A stretch of 64,000 nt of DNA. Origin: Mobula hypostoma (lineage: Eukaryota). The translations under genes and the position numbers were made by a program. Location: positions 19,408,001-19,472,000 of the forward strand of contig NC_086118.1 of the NCBI RefSeq assembly GCF_963921235.1, written 5' to 3'. Below are positions 36,083-48,394 of this stretch, one piece after another. Each line of letters opens with the position of its first letter. Position 1 is the stretch's first letter. A model generated the notes under the pieces. The model had not been told where the DNA came from. It did no database searches and saw nothing but the letters and a program-made list of their open reading frames with translations.

Positions 36083-37963
36083 CAGGTATTGGTTAAAAGG
36101 TGGCAAGTGATATTTACCTATAAAGGTATCATATAATCACAATTTCCAATAGACTAGGTATAATGGCCTACTCTCGACTTTCAATTGGATTACCATAAAC
36201 AAGACCCCACCATTAACATCTTGGGGGTTAACACTGATCGCAAGTACAGCTGGACCAACCCTCAAAGTTGTGCCCCAGATGGATCTAGAAATATAATGAC
36301 CTATGTCCTGGAACCCCCTCTCCAGTCCTGTGGGAGTATCTTCACTAATAAGAAGAGCTCTAAAAATTAAATCAGGGAGCTTACCACTACCTTCTCAACT
36401 GCAGGTAGGAATGGTTAAAGAACAAAATCGAAATTAGTTATGCCTAGGTCTAAAAGAGTGAATAAGTACTCAAAATTTCGCAAGTGTTGCCTGCGATTCC
36501 CTACTTCTCCAAAATATTCACTGCTTTGCAAACTTGCCCCAGGTACACACTGGTAATTCAGTGAATCACCAGATATTTATTTGTTATTTTGTCTGTAAAA
36601 CAAGCTGACAATATAATGCATTCTTGTTTGAGGATTTTAAATCAAGATATTAATGTATAATTACTACTTAGCAAATTTATGACTTGAAAAGTAAACTAAC
36701 TTTATGTAAGCAGATTGTAATTTCTTAAGCTAAATATTTCAAAACATGATGCACAAGAACCTGTTGGGAGATGTAAACAATTCTATCCAAAGTGCTGACA
36801 TTTCTCTGTGTGGATGCTACTAAGTTGTGAGAATCCTGTAAAAGTGGGAAAAATCACAACCTGTCAACAATAACCAAGTTTCCCCAGTACATTCGAGAGA
36901 CCTTGTGAAGTTGAGTGGCAGAAAGCGAATTTGCTGCATTTCTTCAATATATTTTTTATTCCTATTCCAATTTTAATTCCAATAGATATACTGGGGAATG
37001 TGACATTGAACCTGCACTAGATCTAATATTCCTAATCTGACACAGTGAGAATGTTCATAGTGCATGGTAATTTGACAGTGGGCTAAGCTTGGGCACGTGA
37101 TTTTTTTTTAGCTATTTATCGGGTAAAGAATGTTTTGCCCTGCACTCATATCTTGTAATGGTATCTTATTATTTAAGATGCTGTCACTGTGCACAGCAAG
37201 TCAATGCTCAGGGATTCACAAAAGTTAGATGTGTGCTTGCCTCATGAATGCTTATCACATGGATTGTGTGGGGCTTGTTGCTAGCAGCAAGTTTTAACAT
37301 TGATTTTGTTAAATAATAAAATCTATATTTTAAAAATTTGTGATACTTCAATCTAATATGCACGATCCAAACTTTATTTTGCAGTGTATCAAAAAGTTAT
37401 GGAAAGAAAAATCGTAATATTATGTCCTGCTTTGTGATTTGGGATATTGGCTGTCACAAAACTAGATAATAATATATTATAGGAATAGAGAAAGAATGCA
37501 TTGCAGAGATTTGGGAGACTTTCTTCAAGATTAATGATGAACTCCATAGCTTGACCACTGATCATAAAACTAAGCCTACTGTTCCACTTTCCACTGACAC
37601 CAAATAGGAGATAATATGGACCTCTGTCCCAAAACAGCTTTCCTTCTGATATTGATAAGATCAGGTTCACTATATGCTTCTGAAACAGTCTGGCCAGGCT
37701 GACTGACTTCCTATGAACTCATCCAATAGAAAGGTCTGCATAGTTTTTCAAAGACGCAAATGTAGAGCTCACACAATGAAATAGGTACAATATTGGGGTG
37801 GTACCCCTGTTTTCACAATATTCTAGTATATGTCAGGTAATCTCCATTCTGCCCATACAAGATGGTTCAGACCTGACATCACATTGATGAAAGTGTTAAG
37901 TGCTGTGAAATTACTAATTTCATATGACATGTCACAGCCCTAGCTGCACACTGCAAATGTATA

Positions 37964-38397
37964 CGAGGGGTGATTGATTTCTGCATTATCACTCAAAGAG
38001 TTGAACTGCACGTGCATGTAACGAGAGCGTCTTGGACCTCCAGGTGGTGCACAGCAGGGGTGATTGATAAGTTTGTGGTCTAAGGTAGAAGGAGATGAGT
38101 TATGCGGCTCTCGTTACATGCACATGCAGTTCAACTCTTTGAGTGATTATGCAGAAAGTTTGAATTTAATAACTCATCTCCTTCTACTTCAGGCCACGAA
38201 CTTATCAATCACCCCTGCTGTGGACCACTTCTGGAGGTCCAAGACACCGACTTCTACAAAGCAGGGAGCCATATGCTCCATGACCGCTGGACTAAGTGTG
38301 TTAATGTAGGAGGGGACTATGTTGAAAAATAAACATGCTACGTTTTCTAAAATTGAGTCCTTCTACCTTAGGCCACAAACTTACCAATCACCCCCGG
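37964..38397 (+). mobile_element. Non-autonomous mariner derivative
   Basis: TA-flanked TIRs cgaggggtgattgat...accaatcacccccgg; transposase C-terminus DFYKAGSHMLHDRWTKCVNVGGDYVEK* at ~38249-38332. Confidence 0.88.
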
Positions 38398-38399
38398 TA

Positions 38400-38690
38400 T
38401 TTATTTATTTATTGAGTTGTGGTGTGCAACAGACCCTTTCGGCCCGTTTGAGCCACACCATCAGTAAACCTCGATTTAACCCTGGCCTAATCACGGGACA
38501 ATTGACAGTGACCAATCAACCTATGAACCAGTACGTGTTTGGACTGTGGGAAGAAACCAGAACACCCGGGGGGAGATCTGAGCAGCCGCAGGGAGAACGT
38601 ACAAACTCCTTACAGGCAGCAGTGGGAATTGTACCCGGGTCGCCGGTACTGTAAAGTGTTGTGCTAACCATTACATTACCATGCTGCCAG
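38400..38690 (-). repeat. tRNA-derived SINE
   Basis: (ttta)n tail, 'gtttggactgtgggaagaaaccaga' core, tRNA-like head; same family as 40345-40640. Confidence 0.8.
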
Positions 38691-38967
38691 ATCAAATGTT
38701 TTGTACTGAAAGTAAATATGAGATGTAAGTACACCTTCATGAGATATGTTAGTGCTTCCAGTCTAAAACGTTTATATCTGGAAGTGCATTAGTGCAGATT
38801 CTGAGATGTTGTGAGCAGCAACATCATCACTGTGATAAACATTATATACGATAAACAAGAAGCAGCCGGTGAGTATTTACAAGGTTATTCGACATCATGT
38901 GGGTCATATAAACTATTTAATATGAATACAGCAGAGAGCTTTATCTGCAAGATATGCCTCCTTCTGT

Positions 38968-39905
38968 GGGGCTGCATGGTAGCATGGTGCTTAATGCCAC
39001 ACCTCATTGTACCAGCTGTAAGATCAGTGTTTGATTCTTGCTGCTCTCTATAAGGAGTTCTCCCCGTGACTGCACAGTTCTCTGGTTTCCTCCCACATTT
39101 TAGATAATGAAGACACGTAGTTCTCTTTATTGTCATTTAGTAATGCATGCATTCAGAAATGATACATTATTTCCTCCGGTGTGATATCACAAAACACAGG
39201 ACAGACCAAGACTGAAAAAACTGACAAAACCACATAATTATAACATATAGTTACAACAGTGCAACAATACCATAACTTGATGAAGAAGTCCATGAGCACA
39301 GTAAAGTTCAAAGTTTCTCAAATGTCCCACATCTCACGCAGATGGGAGAAGGAAGAAAAACTCTCCCTGCCATGCCGACCACAGTGCGACTCTGAGTCAT
39401 CCGAAAACTTCGAGCTCTGATCAACTCTCCGACACCGAGTGCTGAGCGCCATCTCTGTCCGAACGATTCGACCTCCTTCTCGGTCACCAAAAGCAGGCAA
39501 GGCCGGGGATTTTGATGCCTACCCTCCGAAAGATTCCCAACCACACAGTAACGACAGCAGCGAATGGGCATTTCAGAAATTTCTCCAGATGTTCTTCTGT
39601 GCTTTCACGTCCATTCTCCATCAAATCAGAATTGTCCACGGCCCCTATTTAACAGATACGATATCATTTTTCACCGGAGGGCTGTGCACACGCAGGCACG
39701 TCACCATCTTCTCCTACCGCCCTTTCAAAGACATTTCAAAGATGAATGGTTAGGGTAATGAGTTGTAGGCCTGCTCCGCTGGCGCCAAAAGTGAGGTGAC
39801 ATCTGTGGGCTTCCCAGCACAATCCTCACTGATTTGACTTGACAGAAACAATGCATTTCTCTCTTTTTCTTTTATGTATACGTAGCAACTACAGTTAATT
39901 TTAAC
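38968..39905 (+). repeat. SINE interrupted by a Rex1-tailed retroposon (~39101-39730)
   Basis: SINE core ctctggtttcctcccacattt resumes as acatttcaaagatg; acattt is duplicated. Confidence 0.6.
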
Positions 39906-40184
39906 TCCCTCTGAAAGTTACAGCAATATTTTAATCATATTAATGTCATTTTGCATTAATGTTGTTTAGCCATCAGACATCAAGCACCAGATAGTTAATT
40001 TTTAGGACTGTGGATAATGAGATCTTATTAATTTAATAGTCAATGAGACTGAAATCAAGAGCAATTACATGTGAGTTTCTGTCCTCAGGCATGTTTTTAC
40101 AGCAATTGTTCCTATGAATCAGTGAATGGACACAATACAAGTCAGGTTGAATGAGGACTGGAGATTTAATTATTTCTTCTTCAG

Positions 40185-40237
40185 ATGATGAAGAATGGCA
40201 CATGTGTACTTTCTAAGAGGCAAGATCCACAAGGAAG
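40185..40237 (+). CDS. Candidate internal exon (MMKNGTCVLSKRQDPQG-R)
   Basis: Acceptor ttatttcttcttcag, donor AAG/gtaaag; phase 0 in, phase 2 out. Confidence 0.5.
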
Positions 40238-40344
40238 GTAAAGCAAAAAGCCACAGCTGGACAACCAAGTGCACAGTAAACAATTAAAACAGCGACTAGT
40301 ACAGTGTTATGCCTGCTTAGCTTACTTATTGAACTGAATAATTT

Positions 40345-40640
40345 TATTTATTTATTTATTGAGATACAGTGCTGAATAGTCCCTTCCCTTGAATAACACC
40401 AGACAGCAATCCCCCAATAGTAATCCTAGCCTAATCACGGGACAATTTAGAACGAACTATGAACCTACCAACCGGTATGTTTTTGGACCGTGGGAGGAAA
40501 CCAGAGTACCCGGAGAAAACCCATGTGGTCACGAAGCGAATGTACAAACTCTTTAAACTCCTTACAGGCAACGACAGGAATTGAACCTGAATCACCCGTA
40601 CTGTAAAGTGTTGTACGAACCATTATGGTACCATGTTGCC
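40345..40640 (-). repeat. tRNA-derived SINE
   Basis: Clear similarity to 38400-38690 (cctaatcacgggacaatt, aaactccttacaggca, gtactgtaaagtgttgt). Confidence 0.8.
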
Positions 40641-40996
40641 TAAATTAGGTTCAATTTTCTTCCCTTGAATTTGGATCAAGGGAAGAAAAACTGAGAGAAG
40701 ACCATAAGAACTACTGAAGCTATTGTTAAATTCCATAGTTATAAATCTTTTCTGTCTTAATTAAATTGGAATCCAAGTAAAAATAGGTAAACGTTCTAAA
40801 AAGGAGCAGGAAATGTGGAAACAATTAGCAAGTCAGGCAGCATCTGTAGAAAGAGTAAAAGAATTAATATTTGAATCCAAAGTGCTTCTGATAAACGCCC
40901 TTTATCAGAAGCATTTTTTTTTTAATTTTTTTTATTTCAATTACGAGCGCATGCAATTGTTTTATTGTATTTCTTCTTTGTTCCTTGTCTCCGCAG

Positions 40997-41037
40997 ACTG
41001 ACTGAAAATCTGGAACTGCACTCACTGATCAAAGAGG
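40997..41037 (+). CDS. Candidate internal exon (R-LTENLELHSLIKE)
   Basis: Strong acceptor tttcttctttgttccttgtctccgcag, donor AGG/gtcagt; phase 2 in, phase 1 out. Confidence 0.5.
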
Positions 41038-41454
41038 GTCAGTGCGGATTTTGTAAGGTTGGACCAATACAGTTGGATTTTCTGATGGAGACATAATTTA
41101 TCCTGAATAATGGAATAGTTATGAATCCCAATAAAATTTTGATAGAAGTTCAGTGCATGACTTTTTTTTTCAGTAGGTAACCCAGTGCTGTGGGATTGTA
41201 AGTGGTTGCTAGACAGGAGACAGAGACTGTAAGCAATGGGCTTATATGCTGACTGTCGGGAATGTGACTGGTATTATCTCGTATTCTGCGTATGGAACTC
41301 TGCTTTCCTATTTTCAATGTGTGCAAATATGAGAAAGAAAGTCAAAGGAAGTGGGAAGATACATGCAATGTTTGTATAATCAATGTTTAATTTATATTTT
41401 TCCAATGAATGCTATATATCTGATACCATGTACCTGTGATGCTGCTGCAAATAA

Positions 41455-42110
41455 GAATCAGAATCAGGTTTAGTATCTCTGGCATATGTCATGAATTTTT
41501 TTGTTTTGTGGCAACAGCACATTGCACTACATAATAATAAAAGTGCAAATTACATTAAGAAGCACATATAAAAAAAGAAAATTTAATTTACTTAGTGCAA
41601 AAAGAGAGGAAACAAATAGCAAGGTAGTGTTCATGGCTCCATTGTCCATTCGGAAATTTGATGGCAGAGAGGACGAAGCTGTTCCCGAAACGTTGAGTGT
41701 GTTTCTTCAGGCTCCTGTACCTCCTCCATGATGGTAGCAGCGCGCATGCACTGGATGACACCAGTCCTCACTGAGGGATCAGAAGGGGAAACGCTGAGCA
41801 GTTTCAAGTTCCTGGGTGTTAACATCTCTGAGGATCTAATCTGGTCCCAACAATTACAAAGAAGGCATGGCAGTGGCTATATTTCATTAAGAGTTTGAGG
41901 AGAATTGATATGTCACCAAAGACACTCACAAATTTCTGCAGGTGTACCTTGGAGAGCATTGAACACCACCTGATATGGAGGGGCCATTGCACAGGATCAG
42001 AAAAAGCTGCAGATAGTTTTAAACTCGGCCAGCTTCATCAGTGAGTTTGCATCCGTAGTAGACCTATTGTGGTGACAGGCAAGTTGCAGTGGGTCCAGGT
42101 CAAATAAGTT
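41455..42110. mobile_element. Rex1 3' fragments in mixed orientation
   Basis: Minus-strand 3' end 41455-41740, plus-strand FKFLGVNIS..L.W segment 41755-42040, minus-strand LDPLQLA segment 42040-42105. Confidence 0.7.
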
Positions 42111-42434
42111 TTTAATTACACCTGTGCACATGCATACCTGTGCATATAACAATTGACTCAACTTTGCACTTGACAGGCTAATTAGGGTAGCTGGAAAAAT
42201 ACAAAAAAACATTTAAAGGTACAGAACAGACAGATAAATTTGATCACAAAGAATAATGAAATATTGCCTATGAACAACAAGATTTTAGTATTTAAAAACA
42301 TGGGTACAGCTTCTGCTGCACAAAGCCTTAATCAGATGATTGAATACTGCATTCAGTTCTGAAATTTATAAATATAACTGTGGGGGGATGGGGGATTTAA
42401 ATGCAGAACAAAACCAAGAAGCACAGGGTTCATA

Positions 42435-44015
42435 CAGTGCCTATAAAAAATATTCTCCCCCCTTGGAAGTTTTCATGTTTTATTGTTTTACAACATCGAA
42501 TCACAGTGGATTTAATTTGGCTTTTTGACAGTGATCAACAGATAAAGATTCTTTTGTGTCAAAGTGAAAACAGATCTCCACAAAGTGATCTAAATTAATT
42601 ACAGATATAAAACACAAAATAATTGATTGCATAAGTATTCACCCCCTTTAATATAACACACCAAATCATCACTGTTGCAGCTAATTGGTTTTAGAAGTTG
42701 CATAATTAGTTTAATGGAGATAATTAGTGTACAGTCAAGGTGATTCAATTGATTGTAGTAAAAGTACACCTCTACCTGGAAGGTCCAACTACTGGTGAGT
42801 CAGTATACTGGAAAAAACTACACCATGAAGACAAAAAAACACTCTAATCAACTCCATGAAAATACTATTGGAAAGCACAAGTCAGAAAATTTTCAAGTCA
42901 CTCAATATCCCTTGGAGTACAGTTAAGTCAATCATCAAGAAATGGAAAGAATATGGCACAGCTGTAAATCTGCCTCGAGCAGGCCATCCTCAAAAACTGA
43001 GTGACCGTGCAAGAAGGGGACTAGTGAGGGAGGCCACCAAGAGACCTGTGACAACTCTGGAGGAGTTACAAGCTTCAGTGGCTGCGATGGGAGAGACTGC
43101 TTCCAACAGCTGTTGCCTGAGTGCTTCACTAGTTGTGGCTTTATGGGAGAGAGGCAAAGAGAAAGCCACTATTGAAAAACACTCACTTGTAATCTCAGCA
43201 AGGACTTGCCAGAAGGCTTGTGGGAGATTCTGAAGTCAGCTGGAGGAAGGTTCTATGGTCTGATGAAACCAAAAATGAGCTTTTTGGCCATCAGACTAAA
43301 CACCATATTTAGCATAAGCCAAACACCACATATCATTAAAAGCACATCATCCCAACCTTTAAGAACAGTGGTGGCTGCATCACGCTGTGGGGATGCTTCA
43401 CTGCAGTAGGCCCTGGAAGGCTTGTGAAGGTCGAGGGTAAAATGAATACAGGGAAATACTGGGGAAAAACCGAATGCTGTCTGCAAGTGAACTGCGACTT
43501 GGGAGAAGATTTATTTTCCAGCAAGACAATAACCTCAAGCATAAAGCCAAAGCTACACAGGACTGGTTTAAAAATCACAAAGTTAAAGTCCTTGTCAGAG
43601 CCAGACCTCAATCCAATTGAGAATTTGTGGCTTGACTTGAAGAGGGCTGTTTACTCACGATCCCCATACAATTTGACAGAGCTTGAGCAGTTTTGTAATG
43701 GGGAAAATTTTGTCCAGATGTGCAAAGCTGATAGAGACCTATCCACACAGACTCAAGGCTGTAATTGCTACCAAAGGTGAAACTACTAAACACGGACTTG
43801 AAGGGTGTGAATGCTTATGCAATCAATTATTTTGTGTGTTATAGGTGTAATTAATTTAGATCACTTTGTAGAGATCTGTTTTCAGTGTGACATGAAGGAG
43901 TCTTTTTCTGTTGATCAGTGTCAAAAAAAGCCAAATTAAATCCACTGTGATTCAATGTTGTAAAACAATAAAACACGAAATCTGCCAAGGGTGTGAATAT
44001 TTATTATAGGCACTG
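42435..44015 (+). mobile_element. Full-length Tc1 transposon (IR/DR type), defective transposase
   Basis: TA-flanked ~215-bp TIRs (cagtgcctataa...ttataggcactg). HTH region LNIPWSTVKSIIKKWKEYG; WSDE(P)K, QQDNN, PDLNPIENLW motifs; frameshifted. Confidence 0.95.
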
Positions 44016-44451
44016 TATATAAGAATACATTTATTGATTTTACACTGTACTTCCTTGTGTTTAGGAATCAAAAGGTGAGGTTTTTAATTATCAGGTTAAT
44101 CCTGGATACCACTAACTCCCTGGAATCATCACCAATGGTGTCCTCTCATTCACACTGAAGTACCAATTCTCAATGAGCAGGGCCAGAGGTGTGCTGACGT
44201 TTTGTACCCTTGGGCATCTCATAAGGTCGTGATCGGTTTCAAGTATTTCTAAACATCCCTGACTTTTGGAGATACTGAAGAATTATTGAAACAAATTGAA
44301 AATTAAGAGGTAATTAGAAATAACTTAGTCAATAAAATGTAGAAATTAAAGTAAAATATTTCATTTACTTTTTTCCACATGTTTGGGACACCACTCAAAC
44401 TAAAGAGATCATCAATCATACATCTGCTCTCCCAACTATAAAACAAAGAAG

Positions 44452-44494
44452 ATGACCTCGGAGTTTGTATCAGTGCCCGTTGCTGAACTCAATG
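44452..44494 (+). CDS. Candidate alternative first coding exon (MTSEFVSVPVAELN)
   Basis: aagATG start, donor ATG/gtgagt, phase 1 like the preceding exon. Confidence 0.35.
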
Positions 44495-45019
44495 GTGAGT
44501 CAACAGCAGAAGAGACTAGGGTGGCATTTGACCTCTGGTCTGCTTCTCAATTTTTCATAAATCTGAGCCTGTAGGGTAGGACTGAGGCCCAGCGTTCACA
44601 AGACATGGTCCCCTGAGGAAATGGTTCTTACATAACTGTCAGCAGCCATTCAGCTTGAACTGGCCCTAGTGAAGTGGTGCAGGGTAGGTACAGATTCATA
44701 GAAACCTGTCTTCCGTTGCCTGCTGGTTATATTGTCTGCACATTGTACTCTGCTTAGGACGTTCTATTCTATTGAAGTCATTTTCATTATCATGCTTCGA
44801 TTAATGTCAATCCAACAAAACTACATTTTGTTCATGTTTTCATGACGTGTTAACATTTCCATACAGTTATTCCCATTTTATAATGAGTCAAACATATTGT
44901 GGACTACAATTTCGATACTATGGTGGATTATATCCTTGTGACAGTTCGGGCAGTGATCAGGAATTCCACAGTGCCCAGTACAACATAAACACGAGGAATT
45001 CTGCAGATGCTGGAACCAG

Positions 45020-45508
45020 CAACTTTGATGTGTGGAGCCCAATACAAACAGCTTTGATGTTGTTGTTTCCACAAAGCTTTCAGAAATCATTTATTGTTTT
45101 TGGCTTCCATAGGAGCAGGTCTGAATGGGAGACTGAAGCCCTTCTCCTGCAGAATGTAAAGATGTTTTGTCAGTTTGTTTCTTTCAGCAAGTCCAGTGTT
45201 GAGATCAGCAATGAAATGCCCACAAATGATCCTGGTGTCGTCCACCTCACGTAAGAGTTTACTTAAGGCAACCACATAGGACATTGCCATGGTGGGTATC
45301 TCTGAACACGCGATCAGTCAAATACATGATAGACACCACACCAATTATAATCTGCCCTGAAGGCAGAGCATTCAGAGCACAACTATTTAAATGGAATACC
45401 CAAGAACATTTGAGATGTTGTTAGGAACAACAATCAATCAGCGAAAGCCAGCCTGGGATTGGTCATCAGCTGACCAATCGGCATCAGTTGTTTCTGCAAG
45501 CTGTAACA
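45020..45508 (-). mobile_element. Short Gypsy fragment (LTR plus gag remnant)
   Basis: SYVVALSKL..RIICG..LAE..LT gag-like (45087-45290); 45428-45508 is an inverted match to the LTR at 52275-52357. Confidence 0.5.
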
Positions 45509-45621
45509 ATTATTCACGGTAATTATTTATTAATTGAAAAGTCAGAAAATTCACGATCTTTTGAGCAAAATCTCCTGTCTGTTAAGTGGCAGCTGTCACT
45601 GAGTTTCATTGCATCAAATAG

Positions 45622-46333
45622 TAGGGAAGACTGGAGGATCAGAGGGATCTTGGGGTCCGAGTCTACAGGACACTCAAAGCTGCTGCGCAGGTTGACTCTG
45701 TCGTTAAGAAGGCGTACGGTGTATTGGCCTTCATCAATCATGAAATTGAGATTAAGAGCCGAGAGGTAATGTTGCAGCTATGTAGGACCCTGGTTAGACC
45801 CCACTTGGAGTACTGTGCTCAATTCTGGTCACCTCACGACGTGGAAACCATAGAAAGGGTGCAGAGGAGATTTACAAGGATGTTGCCTGGATTGGGGAGC
45901 ATGCCTTATAAGAATAGGTTGAGTGAACTCAGCCTTTTCTCCTTGGAGCGACAGAGGATGAGAGGTGACCTGATAGAGGTGTACAAGATAATGAGAAGCA
46001 TTGATTGTGTGGATAGTCAGAGGCTTCTCCCCAGGGCTGAAGTGGCTAGCACGAGAGGGCATAGTTTTAAGGTGCTTGTAAGTAGGTACAGAGGAGATGT
46101 CAGGGGTAAGTTTTTTACACAGAGAGTGGTGAGTGCGTGGAATGGGCTGCCGGCAACTGTGGTGGAGGTGGAAACGATAGGGTCTTTTAAGGGACTTCTG
46201 GATGGCTACATGGAGCTTAGAAAAATAGAGGGCTATGGGTAAAGCCGAGGTAGTTCTAAGGTAGGGACATGCTCGGCACAGCTTTGTGGGCTGAAGGGCC
46301 TGTATTGTGCTGTATGTTTTCTATGTTTCTATG
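45622..46333 (+). mobile_element. CR1 LINE 3' fragment
   Basis: ORF 45724-46242 LVRPHLEYCAQFWSP..RMRGDLIEVYK..FFTQRVVSAWN; tail (tatgtttc)n. Confidence 0.93.
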
Positions 46334-48240
46334 ATCTCTAACTATAGGATTGCTAATTATACCTGTCTCAATGCACAAGACCAACTTCCAGTTCGATGCC
46401 TCTTCGGGAGTTACATTTGAATCCTGGTTCAAATGTTATGATCATATATTCCAGGTAAAATTTGCCAGTAAAGATGACTCGTGGAAGAAACACACTTTGC
46501 TTCAAAAATCAGGTACTGCTGAGTTATGTCAATCCTGCCTGAGAACTCGGGTGACCTATTGTTTGATGAATTATCCAACAGTTAACAAACATTTTTGGAG
46601 AGCAGTCATACCTCTGCAATGTTTGCTTTCACTGTCTAAAATTTGTTAAACATGACAGTAATGACTTCATCACATATGGCAGAGTCGTCAATCGTGAATG
46701 TGCAAAGTTCAAGCTGGTTAACATAACTGAATCACAGCTCAAGTGTCTGATTTGTATTTATGAACTTCAGGCACCTGGTGATACAGACATTCACGAGCTG
46801 CTGCTGACCAGACTGGAGCAAGACGCAGATATGATTCTACAGGCTGTCACTCACAAACGCCAGCAGTGGGTAAGCCTGAAACACGCTTCCATCCTGGTCG
46901 AACAGAACTGGGTCAGTGCTGTTTCCAGTAGCCCAGACCTCATCACTCAGCAGGTCTCCAAGCGGCCAACCATATCTTGTTGGAACTGTGGAGTGTGGCA
47001 TTACGCAGCAAACTGACAATACAAGAAACACATTTGCAGAAAATGCTAAGGCTCTGGTCACAAAGAAGGCTTTTGCCATCCATCACTGTCTTTTAGGCCA
47101 GTGAAAAAGTTTCAAAAGCCATCAAAGTCTGAAAGGAGTTGAATGTTCACGTTCAAGGTTGACTTCATCCCCAGGAGGTGGTACATCAACATATTTATCA
47201 ACCATCACTTGGTTAAGCTACAACTCGATACAGCATCCGGCATCACCATGATCTCCAAACACATGTGGCAAGCTCTTAGGTCCCCATCAATCTAATCAAC
47301 TCATTACCCCACTTGCAGTGTATCAGGTAGAACCCTCCAGTTGATTGTCAAACAGCACTGCATGGTGAAGCTGAACGGTAACTAAGTTAATGGTGTGTGT
47401 TACCTAACAGACCAGCCAGATTTGAATGTCCCTGATGAACAAGCTTGATGCCTGGTGAATCCCTCTGAATGAAGTGTTGTATGAAGGCAGTGGCCACTTA
47501 AATCATGTCATTCGATGTCATACCACCATCAGTATGTAAGACCATACAACAAAAACTGCACCAGCACTATGAAGCAGTGTTTTGAGATGGTTTACGTTGC
47601 TGCACCAAACTGCAAGCAGACTGCATCTCCAGCCAGACACGAAGCCTGTCCCAAAATACCGATACCATATGCAGCTTTGCCAATCGTGGTGCAAGAGTTA
47701 AGTCACCTAAAACAAGCTGGTGTGATGAAAAACTGTCAACTGATCACATTGTGCAGCTCCAGTAGTTATCATCAAGAAACCCAATGGTACAGTGAGGATG
47801 TGTGCAAACTGTTCAACTGGTCTCAAACCAGCTATGGAGACACAGCGGTACCCATTACCAGAACCTGCAGATCTCTTTGCAAAACTGAATGATGGTCTTT
47901 ACTTTGCAGTTGGACTTGGCTGAAGTCTACTGCCAGGTAGAAGAGACAGAAAATTCACAGGAGCTTCTCAGCATTACAACACATAAGGGGATGTATTCCT
48001 TCCTCCATCTGCTTTTCGAGGTAAAGGTAGTACTTTCAATTTTACAGCAGCTTATGGATACCATGCGAAGTGGTATTGACGGTTTTGTCATTTACCACAA
48101 TGATATCATTATAATGGCCATGGAACAGACAGAACTATGTCACCTCTTGGACCACATTTTGAACAGACTACAAGACTCTAGGCAGAACAATTCAGCTCCC
48201 TGATGCCTTCAATCAAGTATCTGAGATACATCATAGATGA

Positions 48241-48394
48241 CAAACATGGAATCCAAAGCAACACAAACAAAATGCTAGAGGAGCTCAGCAGGCCAGTCAG
48301 CATCTATGGAAAAGAGTACTGATGAAGGGTCTCGGCCTGAAAAGATGATTGTTTACTCTTTTCCATAGATGCTGCCTGGCCTGCTGAGTTCTAT
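48241..48394. mobile_element. Penelope-derived hairpin element with central hammerhead-like motif
   Basis: 35-bp arms ctcagcaggccagtcagcatctatggaaaagagta / tactcttttccatagatgctgcctggcctgctgag; 12-bp duplication catcatagatga at 48229-48240 and 48395-48406. Confidence 0.8.

Noticed and set aside
37389..37780. Ig V-like pseudo-exon on the minus strand (FYW..QPGQ; RLSFMISG)
   Set aside because: Motifs are in different frames, with no second Cys/YYC and no recombination signal sequence
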